Source of the DNA: Octopus sinensis
Lineage: Eukaryota
Assembly (NCBI RefSeq): GCF_006345805.1
Contig: NC_042998.1
Span: forward strand, 95,108,001-95,172,000
Direction: 5' to 3'
DNA: 64,000 nt
Shown here: in pieces, positions 25,227 through 38,280 of the stretch
Position numbering within the stretch: position 1 is the first letter of the stretch
Layout: each line of letters begins with the position of its first letter
Notes under the pieces: model-generated
Told to the model about the DNA's origin: nothing
The model's database searches: none
The model's input: only the letters and a program-made list of their open reading frames with translations
Position numbers and translations under genes: made by a program

Positions 25227-25598
25227 GGCAAATTCATTGCAGTTACCGTAAAGAAAATATTTCTCCTACGGTAAAAAGGTGTGAAAACACCCTATTAGCA
25301 ATTGAAATATGTCACAAATATATTTTAACTATCTTAAATTTAGCTTCTTGGTGCTAATATTTCAATGATCGGGCGAATTGCCTGTGCAAATCAGTCAACA
25401 TTGTTGACTATTTCACATAAAGCTAAATTTGTTCAGAGTTGCCTCACTTAGGTATTTCCCATTGCTAAAAAACCAACTAGCTTGAGACATCGATGTCTGA
25501 GAATCTTGATAGATGGTGATACTGAACAACTAGGGTGTTTTCACACCTTTTTACCATGAGAGAAATATTTTCTCTGGGGTAACTGCAGTGAAGTTGCC
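25227..25598. mobile_element. MITE with about 68-bp imperfect TIRs starting GGCAA
   Basis: GGCAAATTCATTGCAGTTACC...GGTAAAAAGGTGTGAAAACACCCTA is inverted at the right end; no clear TSD. Confidence 0.8.
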
Positions 25599-25822
25599 TT
25601 TTAGCAGTTTTAATACGCCGCACATATATTTTAACTAATCTAATTTTTGCACGTGTGTGTGTGTGTGTGTGTAAGAAATCCATCTAGTGAGATATATATA
25701 TATATTTGATTCTCTCGTTGTTTGCGTACTCAACGCATTTGTTTTCATATTTTATGTTGTTTACGGTTTGTGACGTCCTGTACCTATATATATGCACACA
25801 CACACACACTCACACACACACA

Positions 25823-25853
<31 letters not shown>

Positions 25854-25854
25854 C

Positions 25855-25887
<33 letters not shown>

Positions 25888-26727
25888 TATTTATATTATT
25901 ATTTGATTGAACGCCACGCATCCATTTCTAAGTAAGTTTATCTTAATATTTTTGATCCGACTCTACCCTTTACTGTTCTATCTCCCACTATCGTTTTCTC
26001 TCTCATTCTTTATCTAAGTCCGTTTTTTCTCCCCTTCACTGCTTTCTATCTGTGTGTTTCTCTTTCCCTCTCGTTCCTCAGACGTGACCATCGTCCACCT
26101 TTCTTTTCTTTCAGTGCTGTCGTGGAGACTGCACATATCCTATCTGTTCCTTTCTTCTGTCTTTTCTCGTGTCAAAGACAATATTTCTCCAATGTTCGCT
26201 ACTTTATCTCGTCTGGTCTAACGATCCTGCATGATTGTTTTCGTTAGGTTTTCTTGTATGTCTCACCTGTCCTGTTGTTGTTGCCAACTTTGACCCACCG
26301 CAAATCCCAAATTCTATTTTTGTTTTTACGGGAGCAACTGCCTTCGAAGTCTCATATTGTCGTTCAATGTTCGAAATGAGGAGTAGATGGACAGCCCACA
26401 ACTGATGAAGGGCCGTTCTTTATGTTACTTGTCCTGTTTTCCATTTGTTTCTCTCGTTGTTTGCGTACTCAACCCATTTGTTTTCGTATTTAATGTTGTT
26501 TATGGTTTGTGACGTCCTGTACCCACATATGCGCAAATATATATAAGCAGGTGTATTAGTTTGACGCTCGGGAAAGTGAGAAAGTCTTTTACCTTTCGAT
26601 CCTACGCTCTTCAAAAGAAAGGAACACGAGCAAATAAACAGAGAATTTTTTTTTAAAAACTGTGGATTTAGCGATCGATCATAGTGACTATATATATATA
26701 TATATATAATATATATATAATATATAT

Positions 26728-27627
26728 ATAGGTAACAGTAAAAATAATTACAGACATGGACAAGAACATGAAACACCACAGAGACGACACAAGAACCACA
26801 GGATGGGACATTCGAAGCCCTCAGTCATCAGTCAAGAACCAGATCATCTTAGCAATTTCGGCTGATTAATCTTGAGATTGCTCCGATATGGGCAGCCCGC
26901 CAAGGGAAATCTAAGCCAAGCGCATTAGATCCCCTGGAAGAAAGCTTCGAATGTATACAACACGAGGACGGAAAACGAACGAAGTACACGAACAAAAATA
27001 CAGAATACGTGACACCAATAAGAATACAAAAACGTAAAAACAATAACGGTAAAAATAAAAAAACAAAACAAAACCAGGACGTAAGACAAGGGTCTTTCGA
27101 CAGGACGAGTTGAGTTTGGGGCTGGCTTATGAAGTTGTGCCTAATGGCCGCAGGGAGACGAACAAATACGTGTTGCTTCGGCGACTGCTGGAACGAAAAC
27201 GTGAGAACAAAAGACAGGAGAAAGGGACAGATGAAAAGAGAGAGAAGGTGGACAAGGGAGGAGAAGAAAGAGACAGATCGAGGGGGCTGGAGGTGAGAGA
27301 GATAGAGAAACGTAGAAGGGGGGGGGGAAGACGGATGGAGAGGGAAAGAAAGGAAGGGGAATAAGGGAGGAGAGAGAGAGAGAAAGAGACAGATTAAGAG
27401 TCGTATCAATGCTAGAGAAAAAATATACTTATCGTATAAGGACAATTGTGGATACGTAGCCGCCGATTATATAGGTAAACAGTAAAAATAATTACAGACA
27501 TGGACAAGAACATGAAACACCACAGAGACGACACAAGAACCACAGGACGGGACATTCGAAGCCCTCAGTCATCAGTCAAGAACCAGATCATCTTAGCAAT
27601 TTCGGCTGATTAATCTTGAGATTGCTC

Positions 27628-27632
<5 letters not shown>
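26728..27632. mobile_element. Non-coding element bounded by about 160-bp direct repeats (Penelope pLTR-like or LTR-like), embedded in (TA)n
   Basis: Repeats at 26728-26888 and 27471-27632; a diverged solo copy lies at 8857-8988. Confidence 0.7.
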
Positions 27633-27698
<66 letters not shown>

Positions 27699-27699
27699 G

Positions 27700-27748
<49 letters not shown>

Positions 27749-27998
27749 GGGTGGGGAGAGAGAATAGAGAAATGGAGGGAGAGAGAGAGGAGTGGGAGAA
27801 AAATGTGAGAAGGATACACATTGTCATAACTACTTTATTTCAGTTTTCTGTCTCCCACTCGCAAAATCAGCTGAAGCGTCCATGGTGCTATCCAAGTAAA
27901 AGAATGAAGAATATAAATCTTGGTTAATCAGACCAATTATCTCTCGAAACTCATTGATAGAATATCCCAAAATACAGAGAATATTTTAAATTAATTAC

Positions 27999-28093
27999 CA
28001 TATTTTCTACATGGTCAAGCTTAGTTAGAACCAGATGCTTTTTTCGTTGGTCATACAGACGTCCAAGAGCAAAGGCAGCATTTGTCCCTCGAC
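27999..28093 (-). CDS. ARM+FN3 gene exon 5 (RGTNAAFALGRLYDQRKKHLVLTKLDHVENM)
   Basis: Acceptor ttcgatatag, donor gtaatt, 95 nt, phase 1 to 0; NAAFALG ARM-like helix. Confidence 0.9.
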
Positions 28094-28154
28094 CTATATC
28101 GAAAGAAATAGTACATTTCATACACTGATAAATGTTAATAGCAATTTTCGTGTA

Positions 28155-28654
28155 CAGTGATCCCTTGCTACTTCGCGGTTCAACTATCGCGGATTCACGA
28201 CTTCGCGGATTTTAAAAATATATATATATATATGAACGCCTAAAATTTTCATTAAGTCCATTAAAATATTAATAATAATTATCATTTCCTAGTCTAGAAG
28301 CAACAAAACAAGCATAAAATAGCAAAAAAGCATATACAGGGGTATTTGAACTTAAGACGGACTGTAATTGGTGCAATGGAGAGAGACGACGAATCACAGC
28401 TTTGTATTTTGTAATCTGGCCTGTGTAACAATAACAACCTTTATTTTTTAAAATCTAAAGTGTTATTGCTTAACAGTTGTCCTTGTTATTAAAAGACTAC
28501 TGTAATGGGTGGGTTGTTGACAGTACAGGGAAGGTTTTAAAAGTCCAAATACACGTTAAATAAACACTGTAAATATGGTGTCTCTACTTCGTGGAAATTC
28601 AGTTATCGCGGCCGGTCTCGGAACCAATCAACCGCGATAAACGAGGGATCACTG
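28155..28654. mobile_element. Tigger/pogo-type MITE, 500 bp
   Basis: TA-flanked TIRs CAGTGATCCCT(T/C)G....TCGCGGTT. Confidence 0.85.
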
Positions 28655-29212
28655 TATTTTTTAATTTCAGAATTCCTTTAACGATGAGAATATTGAAAAA
28701 AATTTCTTAATGTTTTTCTGTGACTTTGTTACCGAAAATTAATTTATCTGTCTGTCTATCTGCCTGTCTGCCTGAGTGACTGACTTTCCACGTGTCTGTC
28801 CATCTGACTGTTCATCTGATTGTCTGTCTATTTGTCTGTCTGTTTAACTGTCTATCTTGTCTGGTTGACTGGCTTTCTATCTGGCTCTCTATCTGACTTT
28901 CAATCTGACTGTCTATCTGATTGTTGACTTGATTGTCGGTCTAATTGTCTCTGTCTGTTTAACTGTCTATCTGTCTGGTTGGCTGGCTTTCTACCTGTCT
29001 ATCTGGCTATCTGGCTGGCTGGCTTTCTACCTGTCTGTCTATCTGACTCTTGGCCTGATTGTCTGTCTGTCCATGTGATTGGCTATCTGTCCATCTCATT
29101 TCATTTCATCTTCTTCGCCAACTTTTTCTTGGGAGGGACGCGGGGAAAGAGTCCAGCGAGTTCTATCAGAAGAAACCGCCTCCAGTTGAACCGACTGATT
29201 TACAATGAATGT

Positions 29213-29358
29213 GAAGAAGAAGAAGAAGAAGAAGAAGAAGAAGAAGAAGAAGAAGAAGAAGAAGAAGAAGAAGAAGAAGAAGAAGAAGAAGGAGGAGGAG
29301 AAGAAGAAGAGAAGAAGAAGAAGAAGAAGAAGAAGAAGAAGAAGAAGAAGAAGAAGAG
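29213..29358. repeat. (GAA)n purine microsatellite (a similar tract lies at 59475-59618)
   Basis: Direct reading. Confidence 0.97.
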
Positions 29359-29690
29359 ATTATGATGAAGGTAGTGGTGGCGGTGGCGGTAGCGGCAGCG
29401 GCTGCGGTGGTGGTAATGGTGATGGTGGTGGTGGTGATCGGGAGGATGAGGAGGAAGAAGTGGTGGAAAATAGAATAAAAAGAAAAAGAAGAGCAGGAAG
29501 AGAAGGAGAAAGAAGAAACAACACCACCACAAACAACAGCAACAAGCCAGAAAGATAGGGCAACAACAGTAAATCACGTTTCCAAAAAATGATGATATGC
29601 TCTCAATTATAACCAGCCACTGTTTATGTTTATAATCAAGCGGAATGGTGGTTGAGCAGCTGTAATACCTTTGTTACCTTGATATCTTAC

Positions 29691-29791
29691 CTGTAGAGTC
29701 GATCTTAAGACTGTCAATAAGATTTCTGAGAATCGATGAGCATTGCTTATGTCCCAGTAGGTATTTACAACCGCTGTCGTTGATTGTTATA
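29691..29791 (-). CDS. ARM+FN3 gene exon 4 (ITINDSGCKYLLGHKQCSSILRNLIDSLKIDST)
   Basis: Acceptor atttcag, donor gtaaga, 101 nt, phase 2 to 1. Confidence 0.9.
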
Positions 29792-30831
29792 CTGAAATTA
29801 AATGAAAATATGTCGTTAGTATACAGTAATTTTGATAGAAATTCCTATTTGTTACCGCTGATGTTTATTTATCACTATTTCTCAACGAATGTTTTTCAAA
29901 ACTTTGCAAATGGCTCTATGATTAAAATGATCGCTTTGCAGCCACGTGGTTTTGGGGGTTTATCCCACTGCGCGGCACATTGGGTAAATGTCTCTACTTT
30001 AGCCACGGAATGACGAGAGCCTTGTGAGTGAATTTCGTTGACACAAACTGTGTGGAAGCCCGTCGTGTATATGTATTTATGTACGTATATATATATAGAT
30101 GTGTATATGTGTTTTCTTATTTCTTTATTGCCCACAAGGGGACAAACAAGGACAGACAAAGGGATTAAGTCGATTATATCTACCCCAGTGCGTAACTGGT
30201 ACTTAATTTATCAACCCCGAAAGGATGAAAGGTAAAGTCGACATCGGCGGAATTTGAACTCAGAACGTAACGGCAGACGAAATATCGCTAAGCTTTTCGC
30301 CCGGCGTGCTAACGTTTCTGCCAGCTCGCCGCCTTATATGTTTTTGTGTTTTCTATCGATGCTGTCACCTGTGTTGGTTTGTTTATGTGCAATAACTTAG
30401 CAGTTCAGTAAAAGATATTGATAAAGCAAGCACCAGACTTTAAAAAGATAAAACAAAAACATATCTAAAGGGGTCGATGTGTTTGACTAAAGTCCTTCAA
30501 GGCGGTGCCTCAGCATGGCTGTCGTCCAATGATTAAAACAAGTAAAAGGTACAAGAAAAGATAAAAGAAATTCAAAATCATCCTAGAATTATATATTCTT
30601 TTATTCAAAAACACTTCAAGGCTGGAGTACCGCCTTGAAGTGTTTTTGTCGAACAATTCTACCCTAGAACTTATTTTTTAAGTCTAGTACTTATGCTACT
30701 GCTCTTTGCTGAACCAGTTGTCAAGTGATGATGGGGGGGGGGACAAATACAGACGCACACACACATATACATGCATACATACATACATACATACATACAT
30801 ACATACATACATACATACATACATACATACA

Positions 30832-31715
30832 TCTACATATGTGGGTAATTCTGTCCGTGGATGTGCTTGTGGCGTTGTTAGTTAACTTCTACATCATTTT
30901 ATTGATTTTGATGAAACTTGGCATGCTAGTAGAACTCATGTCTGGAAACCTCATGGCATACACATATTATTGAAAAAAATCGATAATAAGGCCACTGGAA
31001 GGTATCCTTATATATATATCTAATATATTCCATATTAATAGCCAAGGGAAGTAACCCATTTATTTTCCTAAATCATTTGGTATAAATCAAAATGAGTATG
31101 CTTATTTCTTAGTATTTGAACAGTTAGAGTTATTTTCGCAATTTATCCAGTACAACCCTTACCCAAGTAAATAGTATTTTCCCAAACAATAGATCTACTT
31201 ATTTCGGTTAGTGAATTATTCACGAATATACCAATACTAGCGCCGCTGAGGATAATATTCTCTGGGAACGCACCAAAGCCCTTCTCAGATATATTTACTT
31301 TGAAATGTCATTATCTCATATCTGATTAGCTTGTTATTACGTAACATGCCCCACAACTTTAGTATACATACCTTATTAGTATTTCCTCTTAAGTTCTATA
31401 TACTCTGGGAATGCATTGAAGTCGTTTTTGACGCTACTTTATTTGAATTCTTACTATCGGGTAACTAATTTCATGTTATTACATAACGGACTTCACAATT
31501 TGGGCATTCATAACAATTTGGGTATTCATAGCAAATTGGGAATTCCTAACAACAAGATCCTGTGTAAAACAGTTCGATATTCTCTGTAAATGCACAAAAA
31601 TCGTTTTAAGGGTTACATACTTTGTGTTGTTGTTATTAGATTAGCGAAACAATTATGAGAACGGAACTAAGGGATAAGCTCCGCTTTGCCGGGAATTACT
31701 GGGTACGTCAGCTAG
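30832..31715 (+). mobile_element. Non-autonomous Helitron, 884 bp
   Basis: 5' TC and 3' CTAG termini; inserted between A and T of an (ATAC)n tract with no TSD; GC-rich subterminal segment GCCGGGAATTACTGGGTAC. Confidence 0.75.
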
Positions 31716-31746
31716 TACATACATACATAATACATACATACATACA

Positions 31747-31777
<31 letters not shown>

Positions 31778-32068
31778 GTGTGTGTGTCTATTAGAGAGAT
31801 CTAATAGATACAAATTGATTTAATTAATCAACATGTCAACCAACACTTGTTTCATTTCTCTAATAAGATGGTTGTTTAACATATTGATTAATTAATAAAT
31901 TAATTTACATCCATTAGATCTCTGTTTTCTAAGTCAATAAAAATGCTTGATATCTTACGATATTCTATATAATATATTCACTGAAAGATTATCTCTTCAA
32001 AATTTAATATATTAAACCAGTGTGTCTTTGGATATATATCCCTGTAATGGGTTTGAATATTCTCATTG

Positions 32069-32136
<68 letters not shown>

Positions 32137-33179
32137 TGCCTGCATGTATGCGACAGCTCCTTTCAGTTTCCGTCAACCAAATGCGCTTACAAAGTTTTGG
32201 TCGGTCCGAGGCTATAGTAGAAGACACTTGCCCAAGGTGCCGAATCCAGAACCAGGTGGTTGGGAAGCAAGTTTCTTACCACACAGCCACGCCTGCTATA
32301 AAGAAAGAAAATGCAAGACACTGCGGTAAAGCGGGGAAGATTTAAATACAGAGGTGTTGAAAGGTTGATAGCTGTAATGCAATGGTAAGCTCTCTCTCCT
32401 TCTTTCTTTGCCTCTTACTACTTCGTTCTCTCCCCCAACCGTGCACACTCACTCAATACACCAGTACACTTTATACTGGAACAGTGGGGTTATTAAAATA
32501 CTCCAATTCAAAAAATCACCTTTACGAAAAGCTAGTGTGCGGTTCCAAATAGCATGGAAAGTAAAGCAATTTATTTTTTTATTGTTTCACATGCAAATTT
32601 GTATAAAATATATAAAATATCCAGGCAATATTATACCCTACACGCACGCACACACATACGTGGGGACACATGACCTAGTGGTTAGGGATTTTTCACTTAC
32701 GATCGCGAGATCGCGGTTTCAATTCCTAGACCGGGTGGTGTGTTGTGTGCTTGAGCAAAATCTTCATCTCACATTGCTTGGCAGTCACTTCGTCACCTGA
32801 CGTGTGGTACACCAGGCCCCTGTTCAGGCAACATCGATTTGATGGAGGGAGTGAGCTAATGCACAGCACACACGTCTAATCAGAATAAGCAAATCATTTG
32901 TGCAGATTGTTTGGCAGTAGAATCATATCTCGTCTTCGACGGAAGAGTCCATGCTGTATATATATATATCTTGTTTGCTGAATAGAAAGAAACTGCAGTC
33001 TGAGAATTTTCCGGTTTAGTAAATGTTTTTATCTTCATTTCACTTAATTTATCAAGCTTTTGTATTCCTAGCACATATTTCGCCTTAATGTACTGATATA
33101 TGAAAAATATATGGCTTGTGTAGTAATACCAGCGATTATAATTATTTTTATTTTATCGCAATTTGATTTGTTTATATAT

Positions 33180-33222
<43 letters not shown>

Positions 33223-33255
33223 TTCATTTAAAAGCAGCAGAAATATAACAAAAGA

Positions 33256-33291
33256 TGTTACTCAGAGTTTCACGTTCCCGTTCGTCGGACA
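33256..33291 (-). ncRNA. Candidate 36-nt compact hammerhead ribozyme with a U4C core variant
   Basis: Minus strand reads TGT-CCGACGA-ACG-GGAA-CGT-GAA-ACTC-T-GAGT-A-ACA: stems I, II and III all pair. Confidence 0.45.
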
Positions 33292-33470
33292 GTTTTGTTA
33301 ATATATATATATATATATTGCCGAACGACCTGCACAAATAATTTGTTTATTCTGATTAAACGTGTGTGGTGTACATTAGCTCACTCCCTCCATCAAATCA
33401 ATGTTGCCTAAACAGGTGCGTGTGTGTATATATATATGTGTGTGTGTGTATACACATACACTCACACACA

Positions 33471-33505
<35 letters not shown>

Positions 33506-34011
33506 GGCACATCCCTTACTTTGAAATGACCACATTTTCGTATTACATGCATTGACAAGAAGGATGGATGTCAGCTATACTTTATCATTCAAGTATAGCT
33601 TTACCATTTGGTTGCTTCTCTTTTGCCACTACTTAATAAAGAACCACATTTCAGCATCCCTGCAAGAGACGTTTATCACAGCTAGTAAAACAACATATAT
33701 AGCATGAAATTCTACAGTGAATGACAAATCTATATAATCTATACGATGAGAAGGGGATTAAACTGGTTGTGTTTTCAACAGATAATGTTTTCACAAGATT
33801 GGTATAGTTAGTTTTAGTGCGAAATCTTGTTTGTATAAAGTATAACGGAAGCTGACCAAATCAAATATTAAAACAGTAGCAATAATAATGACTTTGGCAA
33901 AAACAGAAGTCACAGTAGCAACAATAAAGTGTAGTAAGGCTGGGGTTTGAGTAAATAAATACATCACTGGATTAATATTAAATTTAATAATGGTTTTAAG
34001 ATTATTTCGGG

Positions 34012-34046
<35 letters not shown>

Positions 34047-34104
34047 TATGTGCCCGTCCATGCTCAAGTGTACACGGATATTTAGGAACGTCTGTGTCAA
34101 TCAC

Positions 34105-34350
34105 GTGGAGGCGCGTGGCTTAGTGGTTAGGGTGTCAGCATCACGATCGCAAGATTGTGGTTTCGATTCCTGGACCGGGCGACGCGTTGTGTTTGTTCTT
34201 GAGCAAAACACTTCATTTCACGTTGCTCCAGTCTACTCAGCTGGCAAAATTGAGTAATGCTGCGATGGAGTGGCGTCCCGTCCAGCTGGGGAACACATAC
34301 GTCATTGAAACCGGGAAACCGGGCCCATGAGCCTGGCTAGGCTTTAAAAG
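34105..34350 (+). mobile_element. Second tRNA-headed SINE family (related copies at about 2745, 23330, 32650, and minus-strand 42380-42690, 46490-46680, 47640-47780)
   Basis: A box TGGCTTAGTGG and B box GTTTCGATTCC followed by a non-tRNA body; no complete cloverleaf. Confidence 0.8.
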
Positions 34351-34974
34351 GGCGCATTTATTTATTTGTATTATGTCAATCATATCTTTAATATGTGCAC
34401 GCCGTTCACGCACACACGCACACACACACATGCACACACATTTATTTACTCACTCACACACATGCACACACATTCATTTACTCACACACACGCACAAATT
34501 TACATGCAAACATGTATGTGTATATGTACGTGTGTGCGTAAACTGAGTTCATTACTTTAATGCAATTCTAAGGCAGCAAGTGGGCAGAATCGTTTGCATG
34601 CCGGACAAAATACTCAGTGACATTTTGTCTGTCTTTCCGTTCTGAGTTCAAGGGCCGCCGAGGTCTACTGTGCTTTTCACTCTTTCCGGTTCGATGAAAT
34701 AAATACCTGTTAATTACAAGAGTAGCTTGTCCCCTACAATTTCAGGCCTTGTGCCTCTTGTAAAATGGATTGTTTTAAAACAACTTTAAGAATAACATGA
34801 GAATACTTACTAATTGGTGGACTCAGTATTCAAAGTATAGTCATATTTAAACAAACTTATATACATTTTACAGTATGTATGTATGCATGTATTTATGTAT
34901 GCACGTATGTATGTATGTATGTATGTATGTATGTATGTATGTATGTATGTATGTTATGTATGTATGTATGTATG

Positions 34975-35006
<32 letters not shown>

Positions 35007-35054
35007 TGTATGTATGTATGCATGTATGTATGTATGTATGTATATGTATATATG

Positions 35055-35120
<66 letters not shown>

Positions 35121-35392
35121 TACGTATATTCACATGCACTTATACATACGTACGCATGCTTATTCATGCTAGTTTGAGAGGTCGTCAAAAGCGTATGTAT
35201 GGTTCTTGAAAAGAGAATGTGTCATGTGAGATCATTTATCTTAAAAAGTTGTAAACAAATACCATTAGGTTTTTGTTTTCTTTCTCCAACGAAAGACGAA
35301 ATTTCAAGTTAATAAGGAATTTTGTGGCGTACAGTATCCAATGCATTAATAATTAAATCGTTTAAGCATTGTTAATTTATCCCTATACTCAC

Positions 35393-35523
35393 CGAGCTAA
35401 TATAAGAGCACAATTACTTGATGTCCACAAATTCTCTGACGTAAGCAGTGACGTCACAGTGTCGATCATGGAACTAATACACCGGGATTCGAGCATCCAG
35501 TCACGACCTCTTTGAGATTCTGC
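35393..35523 (-). CDS. ARM+FN3 gene exon 3 (AESQRGRDWMLESRCISSMIDTVTSLLTSENLWTSSNCALILAR)
   Basis: Acceptor ttcaatgcag, donor gtgagt, 131 nt, phase 0 to 2; ARM-like repeat. Confidence 0.9.
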
Positions 35524-35799
35524 CTGCATTGAATAAAATAAGTGACTTTTAAATGGGAAAAAGAGTATGGCGTAAGGAATATCTCCTTTTTCTGAACATT
35601 AGCTTCGCAAAGATCATTGTTCTGATTTGACAGAAGAAAACTAGGCATATATTATATGCACCTTCCAAAAGTAGGCGACATCTTTCTTTACATCACCGGG
35701 GTGAAAATGAGTAAGAAAGAAATAGTTATTTGATGTCAGTAATAAAAAAAACCCAGCTCCAATAAGCCAGGGAAGGAGCAGTTAAATTTCCCTGGAATC

Positions 35800-36910
35800 A
35801 TATCCAATCATCTTAAGAAAAGAAAGGGTACAATGAATAATATAGTCCTGAATGCATTAATCCTGAACATAAGTCGGGGTGGTTACGGTTGGAAGTTAGC
35901 TTGAGGCTCCCGGACTAGTTCATTGAGAAGAAAAAAACCCACAATAATTCCCAGGATTAAAAACACAGTAAGCCCTAAAACTACAGATCCATAACCTGCT
36001 TTTCCACAACTCACAAAACTTCTTCTGCAATAATATCGCAGAGAGTAAGTAAACACTAAGGCAAAAAACGGTCTGTTTCCAGAAGTAAAAAAATAAAAAG
36101 GATGTTCCAAAGGCTCATATTACAGAAAACATCAATTACTAATCAACAAAGCCATAATCGAAAACTGTGCAGGGGAAGAAAGAAGAGTCTGAGCATGGCA
36201 TGTAGTGACTACTAGGAGGCTTTTGATATCATTCCCTACACGTAGATCCTTGTATAATTAGCCATGAGTAAGGCAACACTAGTAATAAGAAGTCTCATGA
36301 AACACGTCATAAGCAAATGGTAAACTATTGTGCAGATACAATTAAAAGAGGGATTTATGAAAACTAGACCTATTTCCATGAGAAGAGGAATGTTTGAAAT
36401 GACTCCCTCTCCGTTATTTTTCTATCTAGTGCTAACCCTTTTAACTGCTATGTTAAACTGGACTTGAATACAAATGCTATGGTAGGACAATCAAGCATTT
36501 TCTGTGTAGGAACGAACTCAAGATGTAACATGTAATTGATAAGCAATTAGAAGGAGAAAACACGGGCATTTATTAGGAAAATGGAGATGAGATTTGGATT
36601 AGAAAAATGCGCTAAGGCAACCATAATCAATATCATGCTTATAAAGAAACTGACAAAAATAATTGAAGATATTAATATCATACTGGTAAAGAAAGTTGGA
36701 CGAGAAAATTACGTTGAACACGAGCATACTAATACTTAAAGATTAATGAAGTTGACAGTGTACAACACATACAAATGAAAGAAAAGATTAATAGATGCAT
36801 TAGATTATTATATAAAGCAGAGTTGAATGCAATAAATAAAGTAAAAAGTTTTAACACTTTAACTATCTCAATAATAAACCATAGTTATAATATTCACGAG
36901 TAGATGTTAA
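35800..36910 (+). mobile_element. Decayed R4/Dong-like LINE RT region
   Basis: Remnants of QLLINKAIIEN, a DY..AFD.IP-like motif, GDEIWIRKMR (frameshifted EFGL.KC) and ELNA.NK. Confidence 0.7.
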
Positions 36911-36929
36911 ACAAACTAGTTACTGGTGG

Positions 36930-37700
36930 CATTGGGAATGGGCTAATTTCATTTGCTTCTGCTTTGGTCCTCATTGAAATTGCAAACAATGGTGCTTTGA
37001 AAACAGCGGTAGCTAAAAACCTAAATGTCTTTCACGTCTAGGGTGAGGCTTGCAATTGTTGTTGTTGTTGTCGCTGCTGCTATCTGCAATCCTCTTTTGT
37101 TATAGGCTCCCAAGTGGTCTTTATTACCACATATATAGTATCTAGACCTACAGTCCATCAGTCTGAGTAACCTTGTCTCCACTCCCTCGGTGAGCTATAG
37201 CTTTGAGGTAGACATTATGTGGCTTCAAGGTCATTACAAATCAGAGGTCGGTACGGAATCTACATGGCCATATACTGTTGGAGTTCGCCTCCACGATCAC
37301 CACATGTCCGTTCTGTGTTGAAAAAGTGACATCAGACCAAGAGTCAACGTCCATGGCAATATTCCATGCTATGATATTCATATTTCTGAAATCCATGTAC
37401 TGTGGACCACTCAATGCGCAGGTGTATGGTGTGCCAGTCCTACTTATCCCCTCATCTCATTGCAGCATATTTCGAAAGAGCAGATTAACAACTGTTTTCA
37501 AACTTACAGAAAGGCAGCATATGTATACTTGGTACCCAATGCAACCCTGATGTAATACCAGGCAGTGGCTCTCATGGTTTCTGATCTTAACTGATTGAAA
37601 CTGTTGACGTGTACATCTATTCTCTTGCTGTAAAAGATGGGGTACAGCAAATATTCTACTCAATACTACAGATGGGCTTGTCAGTTGCTGAAGATAAAGA
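36930..37700 (-). mobile_element. Decayed LINE 5' region / endonuclease start
   Basis: Minus-strand FRNMNIIAWN resembles the start of an APE domain; many stops. Confidence 0.35.
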
Positions 37701-37769
37701 GCTTTTAAATGAAAGTTACATGAAAGGTAAAGACCATTTGAATGAAAGATGATCAACCAGACAGCTCAC

Positions 37770-37977
37770 CAAAATTCCTAATGTGCCTGAGGCGTTCATT
37801 ACATTCTCAGGATCACTTGACGCAAGTAAGCTGACCAAAGAATCCAACATCAAAGTAGTTGTGCAACTGTTGACCGATTCTAACGAAGACGTTTTATTTC
37901 CAATGGAGTAAATTCTTTCAAATCCTTGTTCAGTTTCTGCCAAAATTCCAAGAATATATGCTGCATTTCCAGATGTT
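37770..37977 (-). CDS. ARM+FN3 gene exon 2 (TSGNAAYILGILAETEQG...DPENVMNASGTLGIL)
   Basis: Acceptor ttttcag, donor gtgagc, 208 nt, phase 2 to 0; ARM-like NAA..LG motifs. Confidence 0.9.
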
Positions 37978-38217
37978 CTGAAAATATAATTACAAAATTA
38001 AGAAGTAATAAGGCCCAACGCTCGTAAAGGAATATATGAACAAGGCCAGATATTTTTGAAACTGGTGTGGTTGATTGCATCGACCCCAATAATTTGACTG
38101 TTGCTTTATTTTATTATTGTTATGTATGTATGTATGTATGTATATATGTATGTATGTATGTTGTTATGTATGTATGTATGTATGTATGTATGTATGTATG
38201 TATGTATGTATGTATCT

Positions 38218-38280
<63 letters not shown>

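Noticed and set aside
26800-26835. CTGATGA motif in the 160-bp direct repeats as a hammerhead
   Set aside because: It is followed by GAAT rather than GAAA, and stems II and III cannot be formed properly.
34105-34180. tRNA-like sequence with A and B boxes (also at 2745, 23335, 32655)
   Set aside because: No complete cloverleaf or acceptor stem; each continues into a SINE body, so these are SINE heads rather than tRNA genes.
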